Positions 38,801-47,718 of a stretch of 64,000 nt of DNA are shown here, piece after piece. How positions within the stretch are numbered: the first letter of the stretch is position 1; every line of letters starts with the position of its first letter. Origin of the DNA: Candidatus Latescibacterota bacterium (lineage in GTDB: Bacteria > Latescibacterota > UBA2968 > UBA8231); NCBI GenBank assembly GCA_965206595.1, contig OZ242214.1, forward strand, positions 2,944,001 to 3,008,000, read 5' to 3'. Below the pieces are notes generated by a model. The model did no database searches, was not told where the DNA came from, and saw only the letters and a program-made list of their open reading frames with translations. The position numbers and the translations under genes are program-made.

Positions 38801-39940
38801 GAGAGCGTCAGCGGGGAAAGCAATACCGGGAACAACTGCTCCTCAGCCGTGACCGTAACCGTTCCTGCGACCGTCACTCAGCCAGAGCCCCAACCCGCCG
38901 GGGCCTCGAAGGTGTACTGGTCGGACTGGGGCACGGACAAGATCCAGCGCGCCGACCTCGACGGCTCCAATGTCGAAGACCTGGTGACAAGCGGACTGGA
39001 TGGACCCGATGGGCTGGCCGTGGACGCGGCCGGCGGCAAGCTGTATTGGACCGACGCGGGCACGGCCAAGATCCAGCGCTCCGACCTCGACGGCTCCAAT
39101 GTCGACGACCTGGTAACCAGCGGTCTGGGGATCCCATACGGTCTGGCCCTGGATGTTTCCGGGGGCAAGATGTACTGGACCGACCGGCAATCGTCTAAAA
39201 TCCAGCGGGCGGATCTCGACGGCTCCAATGTCGAAGACCTCCTGACCCTGGCCGGATTGGCTTTTCCAGCAGAAATAGCCGTGGACGCGGCCGGTGGAAA
39301 GATCTACTGGGCGAACCCGGGCGCCGACAAGATTCAGCGGGCCGACCTCGACGGCTCAAACCTCGAAGACCTGGTAACCAGCGGCCTGAGCAGTCCCAAC
39401 GGGGTGGCCCTGGACGTGGCCGGCGGCAAGATGTACTGGACCGACCGGGGCACGGACAAGATTCAACGGGCCGACCTGAACGGCTCCAATGTCCAGGACC
39501 TGGTAACCAGCGGCCTGAGCGGTCCCAACGGCCTGGACCTGGACGCGGCCGGCGGCAAGATCTACTGGACCGACGCGGAGACGAACAAGCTGCAGCGGGC
39601 AAACCTCGACGGCTCCGGAGTCGAGGACCTTCTCACCAGCTCCGACGGACTGGTCGATCCATCGGGACTGGCCCTGGGAGCGGAGAGCGCCAGTGGCAGC
39701 AATGGCGGTAGCAGCAACACTTATGGAGTGGGTGATGCGCTCCCGAATGTCCCCACCGGTTCCTTTTTCCCAGCGCGTCTTTCCGGTGGTGGAAGTATTT
39801 CCAGCTCTGGCGGAAGCACGGTCATCACCTTCAACAATGGCAGCCAGATCGAACTGCAGGATGGGACCACTTATACCTGTATCGCCACGGGGGGCTGCAG
39901 AGTCGAGAACGGACGCGTCACCATGGGGCTTTTTGAATAG
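32834..39940 (+). CDS. Giant secreted protein: FlgD/T9SS-CTD-like domain, dockerin-like domain, 7 CARDB-like repeats, YWTD propeller, 4 CARDB-like repeats, second YWTD propeller and a short C-terminal domain
   Basis: Signal peptide MKKAIGC..AGA. Paralogue of 21965..25087. Contains 118-aa repeats. Confidence 0.88.
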   Translation: MKKAIGCLVWLLSSLQAGAEPLVEGRVRLASGEPAAGAQVLLFDLTDLRLAPVAATTDEAGYFALPFGGLRAWMPVLPERFELGHNYPNPFNPSTIIPYQLPASTRVRLEVFNILGQRVTTLVDGERAAGFHTARWDATDAAGRAVAAGVYFYRLKGGGVHLTRRMVLIDGQAGIPSAVPGGPPTAGREEGETSPVLGLAVLGEGLVPYLDPVFRVEAGMAPVDIVVETSGGIRHAKVASGGILGDVDNNGRVDIFDALLVAVYSANASLVMPNNGDITLGDVNGDGRTDLTDAFHIATYTVDPSDPTLPAGIGEALVQATASLSPLPSTVSFQDDGTWHRFTVQAGEPIVVVANPTGTTPRVEITNLSTTNFCPAEANDDLTRQDGQDIVLAGCSSGTGTVELRRASDQTVLQTYTFTIQGQGTGGGGDGNAPDLIVDAPTVSTSSPAAGASFTLRATVRNQGAARSGSTTLRYYRSTDATVSTGDTQVGTDPVSSLSASRTSSESISLRAPSSTGTYYYGACVESVSEESNTGNNCSAAVTVTVGAAPAPDLVVDAPTVTNSSPTAGASFTLRATVRNQGAARSGSTTLRYYRSTDATVSTGDTQVGTDPVSSLSASRTSSESISLSAPSSTGTYYYGACVESVSEESNTGNNCSAAITVTVGAAPAPDLIVDAPTVSTGSPAAGASFTLRATVRNQGAARSGSTTLRYYRSTDATVSTGDTQVGTDVVSGLSASRTSSESISLRAPSSTGTYYYGACVESVSEESNTGNNCSAAITVTVGAAPAPDLIVDAPTVSTGSPAAGASFTLRATVRNQGAARSGSTTLRYYRSTDATVSTGDTQVGTDVVSGLSASRTSSESISLRAPSSTGTYYYGACVESVSEESNTGNNCSAAVTVTVGAAPAPDLIVDAPTVSTGSPAAGASFTLRATVRNQGAARSGSTTLRYYRSTDATVSTGDTQVGTDVVSGLSASRTSSESISLSAPSSTGTYYYGACVESVSEESNTGNNCSAAVTVTVGAAPAPDLIVDAPTVSTGSPAAGASFTLRATVRNQGAARSGSTTLRYYRSTDATVSTGDTQVGTDVVSGLSASRTSSESISLSAPSSTGTYYYGACVESVSEESNTGNNCSAAVTVTVGAAPAPDLVVDAPTVTNSSPAAGASFTLRATVRNQGAARSGSTTLRYYRSTDATVSTGDTEVGTDVVSSLSASRTSPESISLSAPSSAGTYYYGACVVSVSGESNTGNNCSAAVTVTVPGTVTQPTPQPGVSKLYWSDWGTDKIQRADLDGSHVEDLVTSAGLDGPDGLSLDLAGGKIYWADAGTNKIQRANLDGSGAEDLVTGLGIPYGLALHVSGGKMYWTNRQSNKIQRANLDGSGVEDLVTSGLTFPGALALDVAGGKMYWTNPGATKIQRANLSGSNVEDLVTSGLSSPTGLALDVAGGKIYWTDRGTDKIQRANLSGSNVEDLVTSGLNSPNGLALDVAGGKIYWTDAGTNKVQRANLNGSGVEDLLTGTDGLIDPSGIAIGGTADTGSGGGGGGGGTSPAPDLVVDAPTVSNSSPTAGASFTLRATVRNQGTGRAGSTTLRYYRSTDATVSTSDTEVGTDPVSTLSASRTSSESIFLSAPSNAGSYYYGACVESVSDESDTGNNCSSAVTVTVGAAPAPDLVVDAPTVSNSSPTAGASFTLRATVRNQGTGRSGSTTLRYYRSTDATVSTGDTQVGTDPVSTLSASRTSSESIFLSAPSNAGSYYYGACVESVSDESDTGNNCSSAVTVTVGAAPAPDLVVDAPTVTNSSPTAGASFTLRATVRNQGTGRSGSTTLRYYRSTDATVSTGDTEVGTDPVSTLSASRTGSESISLRAPSSTGTYYYGACVESVSDETDTGNNCSSPVTVTVGAAPAPDLVVDSPSVTNSSPTAGASFTLSATVRNQGTGGAGSTTLRYYRSTDATVSTGDTQVGTDPVSSLSASRTSSESISLSAPSTTGTYYYGACVESVSGESNTGNNCSSAVTVTVPATVTQPEPQPAGASKVYWSDWGTDKIQRADLDGSNVEDLVTSGLDGPDGLAVDAAGGKLYWTDAGTAKIQRSDLDGSNVDDLVTSGLGIPYGLALDVSGGKMYWTDRQSSKIQRADLDGSNVEDLLTLAGLAFPAEIAVDAAGGKIYWANPGADKIQRADLDGSNLEDLVTSGLSSPNGVALDVAGGKMYWTDRGTDKIQRADLNGSNVQDLVTSGLSGPNGLDLDAAGGKIYWTDAETNKLQRANLDGSGVEDLLTSSDGLVDPSGLALGAESASGSNGGSSNTYGVGDALPNVPTGSFFPARLSGGGSISSSGGSTVITFNNGSQIELQDGTTYTCIATGGCRVENGRVTMGLFE
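34130..36600 (+). repeat. Seven tandem 354-bp intragenic repeats
   Basis: Shadow ORFs recur at 34393, 34747, 35101, 35455, 35809 and 36163 (period 354). Central units are nearly identical. Confidence 0.95.
37460..38870 (+). repeat. Four tandem 354-bp intragenic repeats
   Basis: Same unit as the first array. Period 354 (37723, 38077, 38431). Confidence 0.95.
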
Positions 39941-39984
39941 GCATTCCTGACGGATGAAAACGCCAGGCGCGAATCGGAATTGCC

Positions 39985-40078
39985 TCGGGCATGATCGTTC
40001 CCTTGCAAGCAGGGTGTACCTCTACCGGCTGGTGAGCGCCGAGAGAGTCCTGAGGCGCAAGCTCACCCGTTGCGCTGA
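39985..40078 (+). pseudogene. Orphan 3' end of a CTD-bearing gene
   Basis: RSLASRVYLYRLVSAERVLRRKLT matches the tail RPLASGVYLYRLVSAGGVLTRKLTLLR of the neighbouring paralogues. Confidence 0.75.
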
Positions 40079-40144
40079 GCAGACCGTGCCCCAGTATTCG
40101 GGCACGGGTTGCCCGTCATCGACAGGAACAGGGGGCATTACCCC

Positions 40145-43100
40145 ATGAAAACTCCCGTTCTTCTTTCCGCATTATCGGCGGTGCTCAGTTCTTTTTGCAC
40201 ACCGCTGGCCTTTGTCCATCAGCCGTTTTCGTCAGCCGATAGCACGCATTTCCAGCCCTTCGATTACGAGCAGTGGGAGCGCGAGCGCGCCCTCCGCCCC
40301 GCGGCCAAGCGGCTACAGGATTTGAACGTCGGAGAACCGCGCACCGTGCGCCTCTTCTACTTCTTGCCCAATGACCGGCCGTACCGCGCCGAGGTGGTTG
40401 CGGCGATGAAAACCGGGATTGTCGAACTTCAGACCTTCTTCGCGGACCAGATGGAGGCGCATGGGCATGGTCGCAAAACTTTTCAGATTGAAACCGATGA
40501 CCAGGGGGATCCGATCGTTCATCGCGTCGATGGGGACTACCCCGACAGCCATTACAGCAGCAGAGGCTATACAGAGGGCGAGATTGACCGAGCGTTTGAT
40601 AACTCGGCAAACGTTGCAATTATCGTCATGGACCTTAGTAGAGGAGGTTCTATCGCTGGACAGGGAACCGGGTCTAAAAGTAGTGGCTGGCTAATAGTTT
40701 ATGAAGGATGGAATTGGCCTTATGTAGCCCATGAACTCGGCCATGCCTTCGGTTTGCACCACGATTTCCGCGATAGGGCATACATCCTATCGTATGGACG
40801 GCCGAATCGGTCATCAGCCAAGTTGTCCGCGTGCGCTGCCGGGTTTTTAGCCGTGCATCCCTACTTCAGTCCCAATAATCCACTTGAAAACGAATCACCG
40901 CCCACCGTTGAACTCACTTCATCATCTGAATATCCGCCTGGGTCAGAGAGTGTGCCGGTCCGACTGAGAGTCCGCGATGATAACGGGCTTCATCAGGTAA
41001 TCCTTTTCGTTCACCCCAAAAATCCCTTTTTAGGCGGCACCCCCGAAGTGAAGGTGTGTCGTGGATTGGCGGCGGAAACAGATACCGTTGTTGAATTCAA
41101 TTTTGATGGGAGACTTCCGTCCGACAATGTCGGCACTGCGTCTGCGGCTCATACGACCCTCGCCAACACGTCTCAGCATCCAATTTATGTCGTGGCCGTC
41201 GATATGGATGGGAATAGAACTAATACTGCTGGTCCTATTTCTTTAAGGCTTGAAGAGGGACATTCTCCACAACATATTACCACCATTGACAGACAAGGGG
41301 GAGGGGGTGCTTATTTCTATGATGCGGCATTTTCACCGGATGGCACAACTCTAGCTATCGGGACAGGGGGTGGGGTCTACCTGTACAATGCTTCAACAAC
41401 GGGATTTATAATCTTCTTACGCCATACGGAGGGCAATATTTATAGCAACCATTCGGTAGTGTTTTCACCTGATGGAACGCTACTTGCTTCCGGCTCGGCG
41501 GATGGCACAATCAAACTGTGGAACCTGGCAACAAAAGAAAATATCGCCACCTTTGAAGGACATACAGATAGAATCTATTCTGTGGACTATTCCCCAGATG
41601 GCACACTGCTCGCTTCCGGCTCGTGGGATAGCACAATTAAATTGTGGAACGTGGCAACGAAAGAAAATACTGCTACCCTTGAAGGACATACAGATAGAAT
41701 CTATTCTGTGGATTTTTTACCTGATGGTACGCTCGCTTCTAGTTCAACGGATGGTACTGTCAAACTGTGGGACGTGACGACGAACGCGCTGATCGCCACC
41801 ATTGAGACGGGCCACACACGGCCGTTGGGAGTAGCGTTTTCGCCGGACGGTACAACTCTCGCCACATTGTCTGGTTACACGAGCAAATTATGGAATGTAG
41901 CGACAAGAACACAGATCGCCACCCTTAAGTATACGTCGGGTAATTATACTTTCCAGTCACTAGTGTTTTCGCCCGATGGTACAATCATCGCATCATCGAA
42001 TGGTTCCCGGGTCCATATATGGGATGTTTTGACCAGAGAAAATATCGCCACTTTCCCAGGGGGACCGGGTGGGGTGGGAAGACTGCTTTTTTCACCCAAC
42101 GGGACAGAACTCATATCCCAAGGCGGGGGGGCAGTCAAATTTTGGGACGTGTCTGAGTGGCCAGGACAGGTGGACGATACCCTAGAAACCATCCCTGTCC
42201 CAGCGATCAGCGACCGCACGCCGCAGGTGCGCGATGCTATTCTTGGCGCAGTCCGCTTAGACTCTCCTATTATTTCCAACTACGCAAGCATCACCGTGTA
42301 CGACCTTGCTAGAATTACCCAACTATCTCTGAATGGTACAAACATCAATTCCTTGAAAGCTGACGATTTCGATGGTCTCACCGACTTGACGGAACTCCGC
42401 CTGTATGACAACCAGTTGACCACGCTGCCAGAGGGGCTCTTTGACAACCTCAACGCGCTGACAAGGCTTAGCTTGGGAAACAACCGGTTCACCACGCTGC
42501 CGGCGGGTATCTTTGACAACCTCAACTCACTGAATTCGCTCAACCTGCAGGACAACCGGTTGACCACGCTGCCGGCGGGCATCTTTGACAACCTCAACTC
42601 ACTGAATTCGCTCAACCTGCAGGACAACCGGTTCACCACGCTGCCGGCGGGCATCTTTGACAACCTCAACTCACTGAATTCGCTCAACCTGCAGGACAAC
42701 CAGTTGACCATGCTGCCGGCGGGTATCTTTGACAACCTCTCCGCACTGACATGGCTTAGCTTGGGAAACAACCAATTGACCACGCTGCCGGCGGGTATCT
42801 TTGACGGACTCAACTCACTGACAACGCTTGGCTTGGCTCTCAACAGGTTGACCACGCTGCCAGAAGGTATCTTTGACAACCTCTCCGCACTGACATGGCT
42901 TGGCTTGGCTGTCAACAGGTTGACCACGCTGCCCGAGGGCATCTTTGACAACCTCAACGCGCTGGGAGGGCTCCACCTGAACGGCAACCAGTTATCGACG
43001 CTGCCCGAGGGTCTGTTTGACGGGCTATCCTCGTTGGCGACGCTGTACTTGTATGGCAACTCGGTGGATCCGCTGTCGCTTACCGTGTCGTTAGAGAAAG

Positions 43101-43876
43101 TTGGCGCGGATCAAGTCAAAGCCGTGGCCCCTGCCGGTGCGCCGTTTGACCTTGTGCTACCGCTCACCGTGACCAATGGCAGCATCAGCGGCGGCGCAAC
43201 CACTCTCACGATACCCGCCGGCAGCCTCGACAGCCAACCGCTCACCGTGACCCGCACGTCCGGTACGACGGCTGCCGTCACCGTGGATATCGGCACCTTG
43301 CCGGGGCTGCCAGCAAACCATAGCGGCTACGAACTCGTCAAATCCGCCGACCTGCCACTGGAAGCCATCACCGGGACAACTGGCGGCCAAGCTTCCACCG
43401 ATTTCAACGACGACGGCAAAACCGATTTCGTCGACTTCTTCCTTTTTGCCGATGCCTACGGCGGCACCGACGCCCGCTTCGACCTCGACGGCAGCGGCAC
43501 GGTGGATTTCGTCGATTTCTTCCAGTTCGTCGATGCCTTCGGCCCGTCGGCGCAGGCCAAGCTGCTGGCCTTGGCACAGCAGTTGATCGGGCTCCCTGCC
43601 GAAACCCAGTTGCAGCAGAACGCTCCCAATCCGTTCAACAGCGAGACCGTCATTTCCTGGTTCCTCCTGGAGCCGGGTCCGGCGCGACTGGAGGTATTTG
43701 GGCTGACCGGGCAGCGGGTGGCGGTCCTGCATCAGGGGCCGCTGCAGGCCGGCTTCCACCGCATCCACTGGGACGGCCGCGACGATGCCGGCCGCCCTCT
43801 GGCCAGCGGCGTATACCTCTACCGGCTGGTGAGCGCCGGCGGCGTCCTGACGCGCAAGCTCACCCTGCTGAGATAA
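40145..43876 (+). CDS. Secreted metzincin-like peptidase, WD40 propeller, LRR, EF-hand/dockerin-like and FlgD/T9SS-CTD-like domains
   Basis: AHELGHAFGLHH, WD40 repeats, 24-aa LRRs (LTTLPAGIFDNL), DFNDDGKTDFVDF and NAPNPFNSET. Confidence 0.88.
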   Translation: MKTPVLLSALSAVLSSFCTPLAFVHQPFSSADSTHFQPFDYEQWERERALRPAAKRLQDLNVGEPRTVRLFYFLPNDRPYRAEVVAAMKTGIVELQTFFADQMEAHGHGRKTFQIETDDQGDPIVHRVDGDYPDSHYSSRGYTEGEIDRAFDNSANVAIIVMDLSRGGSIAGQGTGSKSSGWLIVYEGWNWPYVAHELGHAFGLHHDFRDRAYILSYGRPNRSSAKLSACAAGFLAVHPYFSPNNPLENESPPTVELTSSSEYPPGSESVPVRLRVRDDNGLHQVILFVHPKNPFLGGTPEVKVCRGLAAETDTVVEFNFDGRLPSDNVGTASAAHTTLANTSQHPIYVVAVDMDGNRTNTAGPISLRLEEGHSPQHITTIDRQGGGGAYFYDAAFSPDGTTLAIGTGGGVYLYNASTTGFIIFLRHTEGNIYSNHSVVFSPDGTLLASGSADGTIKLWNLATKENIATFEGHTDRIYSVDYSPDGTLLASGSWDSTIKLWNVATKENTATLEGHTDRIYSVDFLPDGTLASSSTDGTVKLWDVTTNALIATIETGHTRPLGVAFSPDGTTLATLSGYTSKLWNVATRTQIATLKYTSGNYTFQSLVFSPDGTIIASSNGSRVHIWDVLTRENIATFPGGPGGVGRLLFSPNGTELISQGGGAVKFWDVSEWPGQVDDTLETIPVPAISDRTPQVRDAILGAVRLDSPIISNYASITVYDLARITQLSLNGTNINSLKADDFDGLTDLTELRLYDNQLTTLPEGLFDNLNALTRLSLGNNRFTTLPAGIFDNLNSLNSLNLQDNRLTTLPAGIFDNLNSLNSLNLQDNRFTTLPAGIFDNLNSLNSLNLQDNQLTMLPAGIFDNLSALTWLSLGNNQLTTLPAGIFDGLNSLTTLGLALNRLTTLPEGIFDNLSALTWLGLAVNRLTTLPEGIFDNLNALGGLHLNGNQLSTLPEGLFDGLSSLATLYLYGNSVDPLSLTVSLEKVGADQVKAVAPAGAPFDLVLPLTVTNGSISGGATTLTIPAGSLDSQPLTVTRTSGTTAAVTVDIGTLPGLPANHSGYELVKSADLPLEAITGTTGGQASTDFNDDGKTDFVDFFLFADAYGGTDARFDLDGSGTVDFVDFFQFVDAFGPSAQAKLLALAQQLIGLPAETQLQQNAPNPFNSETVISWFLLEPGPARLEVFGLTGQRVAVLHQGPLQAGFHRIHWDGRDDAGRPLASGVYLYRLVSAGGVLTRKLTLLR

Positions 43877-43890
43877 GGGAGTTTTTTCCG

Positions 43891-46230
43891 ATGAAAAACA
43901 CGCGCTTCAGTCGAAAACTCATCCTGTCGATACTGGCGGCGATGCTGGTGATCTGCGTCCTGCCAGAAACCAGCCACGGTGGAGGCGTCGGTGATGTTAT
44001 CGGAGGAATCGTCGAGGTCACCGTCGGCCTCGTGGAAGTTACCGTCGGGATTGTCGAGATCGCCGTCGGGGTAATCGACCTTACCGTCAGCCTCCTTGCC
44101 ACCCTCGCCTTGCATACGGCTGCCGTCACCGCCGCAATCATCAGCCCGGACGGCGCGATGCTTATCAGCGCAAGCCTCGACCTCACAATTGCACTGTGGG
44201 ATCTCACGACCGGGTTGCTCGGGGCTACCCTGGAGCATCTGTCTCCGGTCCTGAGCCTCGCCCTCTGCCCCATCGATGGCTGCCTTCTCGCGAGCGGGAC
44301 CGAGGACGGCAAGCTGCACTTGTGGAATCCCGAAACCGGGCTGCTCACTTCCACTCTCACCGGGCATACCGCAGCTATCCTGAGCACGGCCTTCAGTCTT
44401 CTTGACCACAGCCTGCTTGCCAGCGGTAGCGCGGACGCGACCATCCGTCTCTGGGACGCGGAAACGGGTACACACCAGCGGACCCTCACCGGGCATACCG
44501 ACAGTGTCCTGAGCGTGGCCTTCAGTTCCACTGGCGACAAGCTGGCCAGCGGCAGCGCGGACGCGACTATCCGTCTCTGGGACGCCCTGACGGGCGCACA
44601 TCAACAGACACTCACCGGGCACACCGAAGCCGTCAGGAGCCTTGCCCTCGGTTCCAGCGACAGCTTGCTGGCCAGCGGCAGTGCGGATGGAACAGTGCGC
44701 TTGTGGAATGCCCTCACCGGGGAACACCTCGCCACTCTCGATCACCAGTCTCCTGTCCTGAGCGTGGCCTTCGGTCCCGGCGACAGTCTGTTCGCAAGCG
44801 GCAGCGAGGACGGCAACGCGCGTTTGTGGGACCTCGCCGGAGAACTCCTGGCCACGCTCGGGCACGAGTCCCCTGTCCGTAGCGTGTCCTTCAGTCCCGA
44901 CGGGGACATGCTGGTCAGCGGGGCGGAGGACGGCAAAGTGCGCCAGTGGCAGGTAACGTCCGTTGCCAGTTGTTGCCCCCGCAATCCGGGCAACGATTTC
45001 GACACCATGAAAGCTGCCGGGAACGACTCGCCGCGAGGCGTCTGGTCGGACGGAACCACCATGTGGGTCGTGGACGACTGGGACGACAAGCTGTACGCCT
45101 ACGGCATGGCATCCAAAGCCCGGGATTCCGCCAAGGACTTCACTACCCTGGATGCGGATGGAAACAACAAGCCGTCCGGCATCTGGTCGGACGGCACTAC
45201 CATGTGGGTCGCCGACTATTTCGACAGGAAGCTGTACGCCTACGACATGGCATCCAAAGCCCGGGATTCCGCAAAGGATTTCAATACCCTGGATGCCGCT
45301 GGGAACACCAGGCCACAGGGCATCTGGTCGGACGGAACCACCATGTGGGTCGCGGACGACTGGGACGACAAGCTGTACGCCTACGACATGACCTCAAAGG
45401 CCAGGGATGCGGCGAAAGACCTGGACACTACCGGGAATCATTACCCTACGGGCCTCTGGTCGGACGGGGCGACCCTGTGGGTTGCGAACTACGCCGCCTC
45501 CAAGCTGCATGCCTACGGCCTGACTACAACGGCTCAGGAACCGGCCAAGGACTTCCACACCCTGCGCTCGGCGGGAAACACACTCCCTGTCGGCATCTGG
45601 TCGGACGGCACCACTATGTGGGTAACGGACGACTCCGACAGGAAGCTGTACGCCTACGACATGCCAACCAATGGTGACCCACCGGTCGCAGACCCACCCC
45701 GAGACCCAGGTACGGGTACAACGGAACCGCCAACGCAAGCGTCAGCGGCGACGGATTTCGATGGCGACGGCAAGACCGATTTCGTCGACTTCTTCCAGTT
45801 CATCGACGCCTTCGGCGGCACGGATTCCCGTTTCGACCTCGACGGCAGCGGCACGGTCGATTTCGTCGATTTCTTCCAGTTCGTCGATGCCTTCGACAAG
45901 CCTGCGCAGGCCAAGATGGTGGCCATTGCTCAGGAATTGATCGGCCTGCCCGCGGCAACCCAGCTGCAACAGAACGCGCCCAACCCGTTCAACAACGAGA
46001 CGGTGATTTCCTGGTTCCTGTTGGAGCCCGGTCCCGCCCGAGTGGAATTGTTCGCGCTGACAGGACAGAGGGTGGCCGTTCTGCACCAGGGGCCGCAGCA
46101 GGCTGGCCGCCACCGCATCCATTGGAACGGCCTCGACGACATGGGCCGCTCCTTGGCAAGCGGTGTCTACCTGTACCGGCTGGTTACGTCCGAAAATCTT
46201 CTGACGCGCAAACTCACCCTCCTGCGATAA
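43891..46230 (+). CDS. Secreted WD40 protein with WSDGTTMWV repeats, EF-hand and CTD-like domains
   Basis: Signal peptide, LASGSADATIRLWD repeats, five G(I/V/L)WSDG repeats and the shared C-terminal cassette. Confidence 0.88.
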   Translation: MKNTRFSRKLILSILAAMLVICVLPETSHGGGVGDVIGGIVEVTVGLVEVTVGIVEIAVGVIDLTVSLLATLALHTAAVTAAIISPDGAMLISASLDLTIALWDLTTGLLGATLEHLSPVLSLALCPIDGCLLASGTEDGKLHLWNPETGLLTSTLTGHTAAILSTAFSLLDHSLLASGSADATIRLWDAETGTHQRTLTGHTDSVLSVAFSSTGDKLASGSADATIRLWDALTGAHQQTLTGHTEAVRSLALGSSDSLLASGSADGTVRLWNALTGEHLATLDHQSPVLSVAFGPGDSLFASGSEDGNARLWDLAGELLATLGHESPVRSVSFSPDGDMLVSGAEDGKVRQWQVTSVASCCPRNPGNDFDTMKAAGNDSPRGVWSDGTTMWVVDDWDDKLYAYGMASKARDSAKDFTTLDADGNNKPSGIWSDGTTMWVADYFDRKLYAYDMASKARDSAKDFNTLDAAGNTRPQGIWSDGTTMWVADDWDDKLYAYDMTSKARDAAKDLDTTGNHYPTGLWSDGATLWVANYAASKLHAYGLTTTAQEPAKDFHTLRSAGNTLPVGIWSDGTTMWVTDDSDRKLYAYDMPTNGDPPVADPPRDPGTGTTEPPTQASAATDFDGDGKTDFVDFFQFIDAFGGTDSRFDLDGSGTVDFVDFFQFVDAFDKPAQAKMVAIAQELIGLPAATQLQQNAPNPFNNETVISWFLLEPGPARVELFALTGQRVAVLHQGPQQAGRHRIHWNGLDDMGRSLASGVYLYRLVTSENLLTRKLTLLR

Positions 46231-46339
46231 AGAATGCACCAACTCGGTGGGAACTTTAATGGTGGGGCAAAAAATAATTGACAAGGGTCTCTCTGGATGA
46301 GGCTCCCGCAAAAAAGAAATCCCAAAACAGGAGAGAGAT

Positions 46340-46818
46340 ATGCTACGTTTTTTCCCGGTCGTGCACCTGACTGCTCTTATAGTGACTCCGATGGCGATGG
46401 GATAACTATGATTGGGGCGCCGGGTGGGTTTATCACCGGAATCTTTGGAACCCCTTCGCTTTACGTATCCTGGTTTCCGAGTGAAAAGCTGACCATCGGG
46501 CCCGAATTCAATTTCGGGCGTATTGCAGTAGACGGAGATGGCATCACTTCAATTTATCTTGGGGGCCGGGGTGCATTCTTTCCGAATAGCAACGCCATAC
46601 CCGGTGTCTACATACTAGGACAGAGCGCTTTAATCGTCCTGAGTGACGAGTACGACTCCGAGACTGATTTCTCCGCCGGAGCGGGATTGGGTTATCAGTG
46701 GCGTCTGGGCCCTGCTTTCGTCCTTCGGGCGGAAGGGCGGGATCGGCTATGGTTCGAGGACGAAGTCAATGACTTCTCGCTCCTTCTCGGATTGGGTACC
46801 AGACTCAATGACAGATAA
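46340..46818 (+). pseudogene. Small outer-membrane beta-barrel protein, disrupted after the signal peptide
   Basis: RBS AGGAG with ATG 46340 gives MLRFFPVVHLTALI.. and stops at once. Barrel strands (AGAGLGYQWRL, VLRAEGR, FSLLLGLG) lie in another frame. Confidence 0.55.
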
Positions 46819-46894
46819 CCAAGTCGGCCATGTTTTCTGATCCTGGAATCGTTCATGCTCATTCTCCCGTTTGATCCTTAGGAGGAAAGTATAT

Positions 46895-47575
46895 ATGCAG
46901 CGCCTTTTTATGTTTTTCTTCTTGACGGCTATTGTGGTGCACTCGCCGCTCTTCGCCCAGAAGATTGAAGATGTCATTCACTTGAAGAATGGGGAAACCG
47001 TTCGCGGCACCATCATTGAGCAAATTCCCGGCGAATCGTTGAAGATACAAACCGCAGACGGCAGCGTTTTCGTCTATACCATATACGAGATCGCCGAAAT
47101 AACCAGGGAGCCGGTGATGAAAATGGAAGAAGGATTCATCAAGGCCAAAAAGAAAAATCCCTGGCTCGCTTCCGGCCTGTCGTTGCTGATTCCCGGTACC
47201 GGGCAATTCTATAATGACCAATACAACAAAGGGCTGCCCCAACTCGGAGTTGCATTGGCAGGGGCAGGGTTTGTGTGGTGGGGTTTGAGGGATAATTGGG
47301 AGGAATGGGACAACCCGAAATCCTCCTGGAACCCGCTCCAGTGGGTCGATGAGGACGAAGATGATTGGACAATCTTTATCGGGGGCCCTCTTTGGTTAGG
47401 TAGCTTGATGTGGTCGGTGATTGACGCAAACCTCTCTGCCAACCGCATCAATCAGGAAGGTCAACAACCTGATTTCAGCCATCTGCTGGAGTTTGGCGGA
47501 GATCGAGCCACGTTGGGATTGGATCCTGTTTGGGGGCGCTACGGGCCAGGTGGGAAACTGATGCTTCATTTTTAA
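46895..47575 (+). CDS. Secreted/membrane protein, TM2/DUF5683-like
   Basis: Signal peptide, [35 protein letters not shown] and terminal Phe. RBS AGGAGG. Confidence 0.7.
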   Translation: MQRLFMFFFLTAIVVHSPLFAQKIEDVIHLKNGETVRGTIIEQIPGESLKIQTADGSVFVYTIYEIAEITREPVMKMEEGFIKAKKKNPWLASGLSLLIPGTGQFYNDQYNKGLPQLGVALAGAGFVWWGLRDNWEEWDNPKSSWNPLQWVDEDEDDWTIFIGGPLWLGSLMWSVIDANLSANRINQEGQQPDFSHLLEFGGDRATLGLDPVWGRYGPGGKLMLHF

Positions 47576-47718
47576 TCTCCACGCCAGCGCCAGCCCTTTC
47601 CATCCTGGCCATGAGAGTTCAACAAAGTCCTGAACTTTTCCCGAGGCAACCGAATCAAAAAATGACTGATAAACTTTTCAAAACCCCGTTTTTCCAGCCA
47701 ACCGCAAGGAGGCAGGCT

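Noticed and set aside
34130-38870. Repeat arrays as CRISPR or DGR template/variable repeats
   Set aside because: The units are in-frame 354-bp domains without unique spacers. No cas or reverse transcriptase gene is present, and I noticed no adenine-specific variation.
46278-46283. TTGACA upstream of the small barrel gene
   Set aside because: No matching -10 at 16-18 bp spacing.
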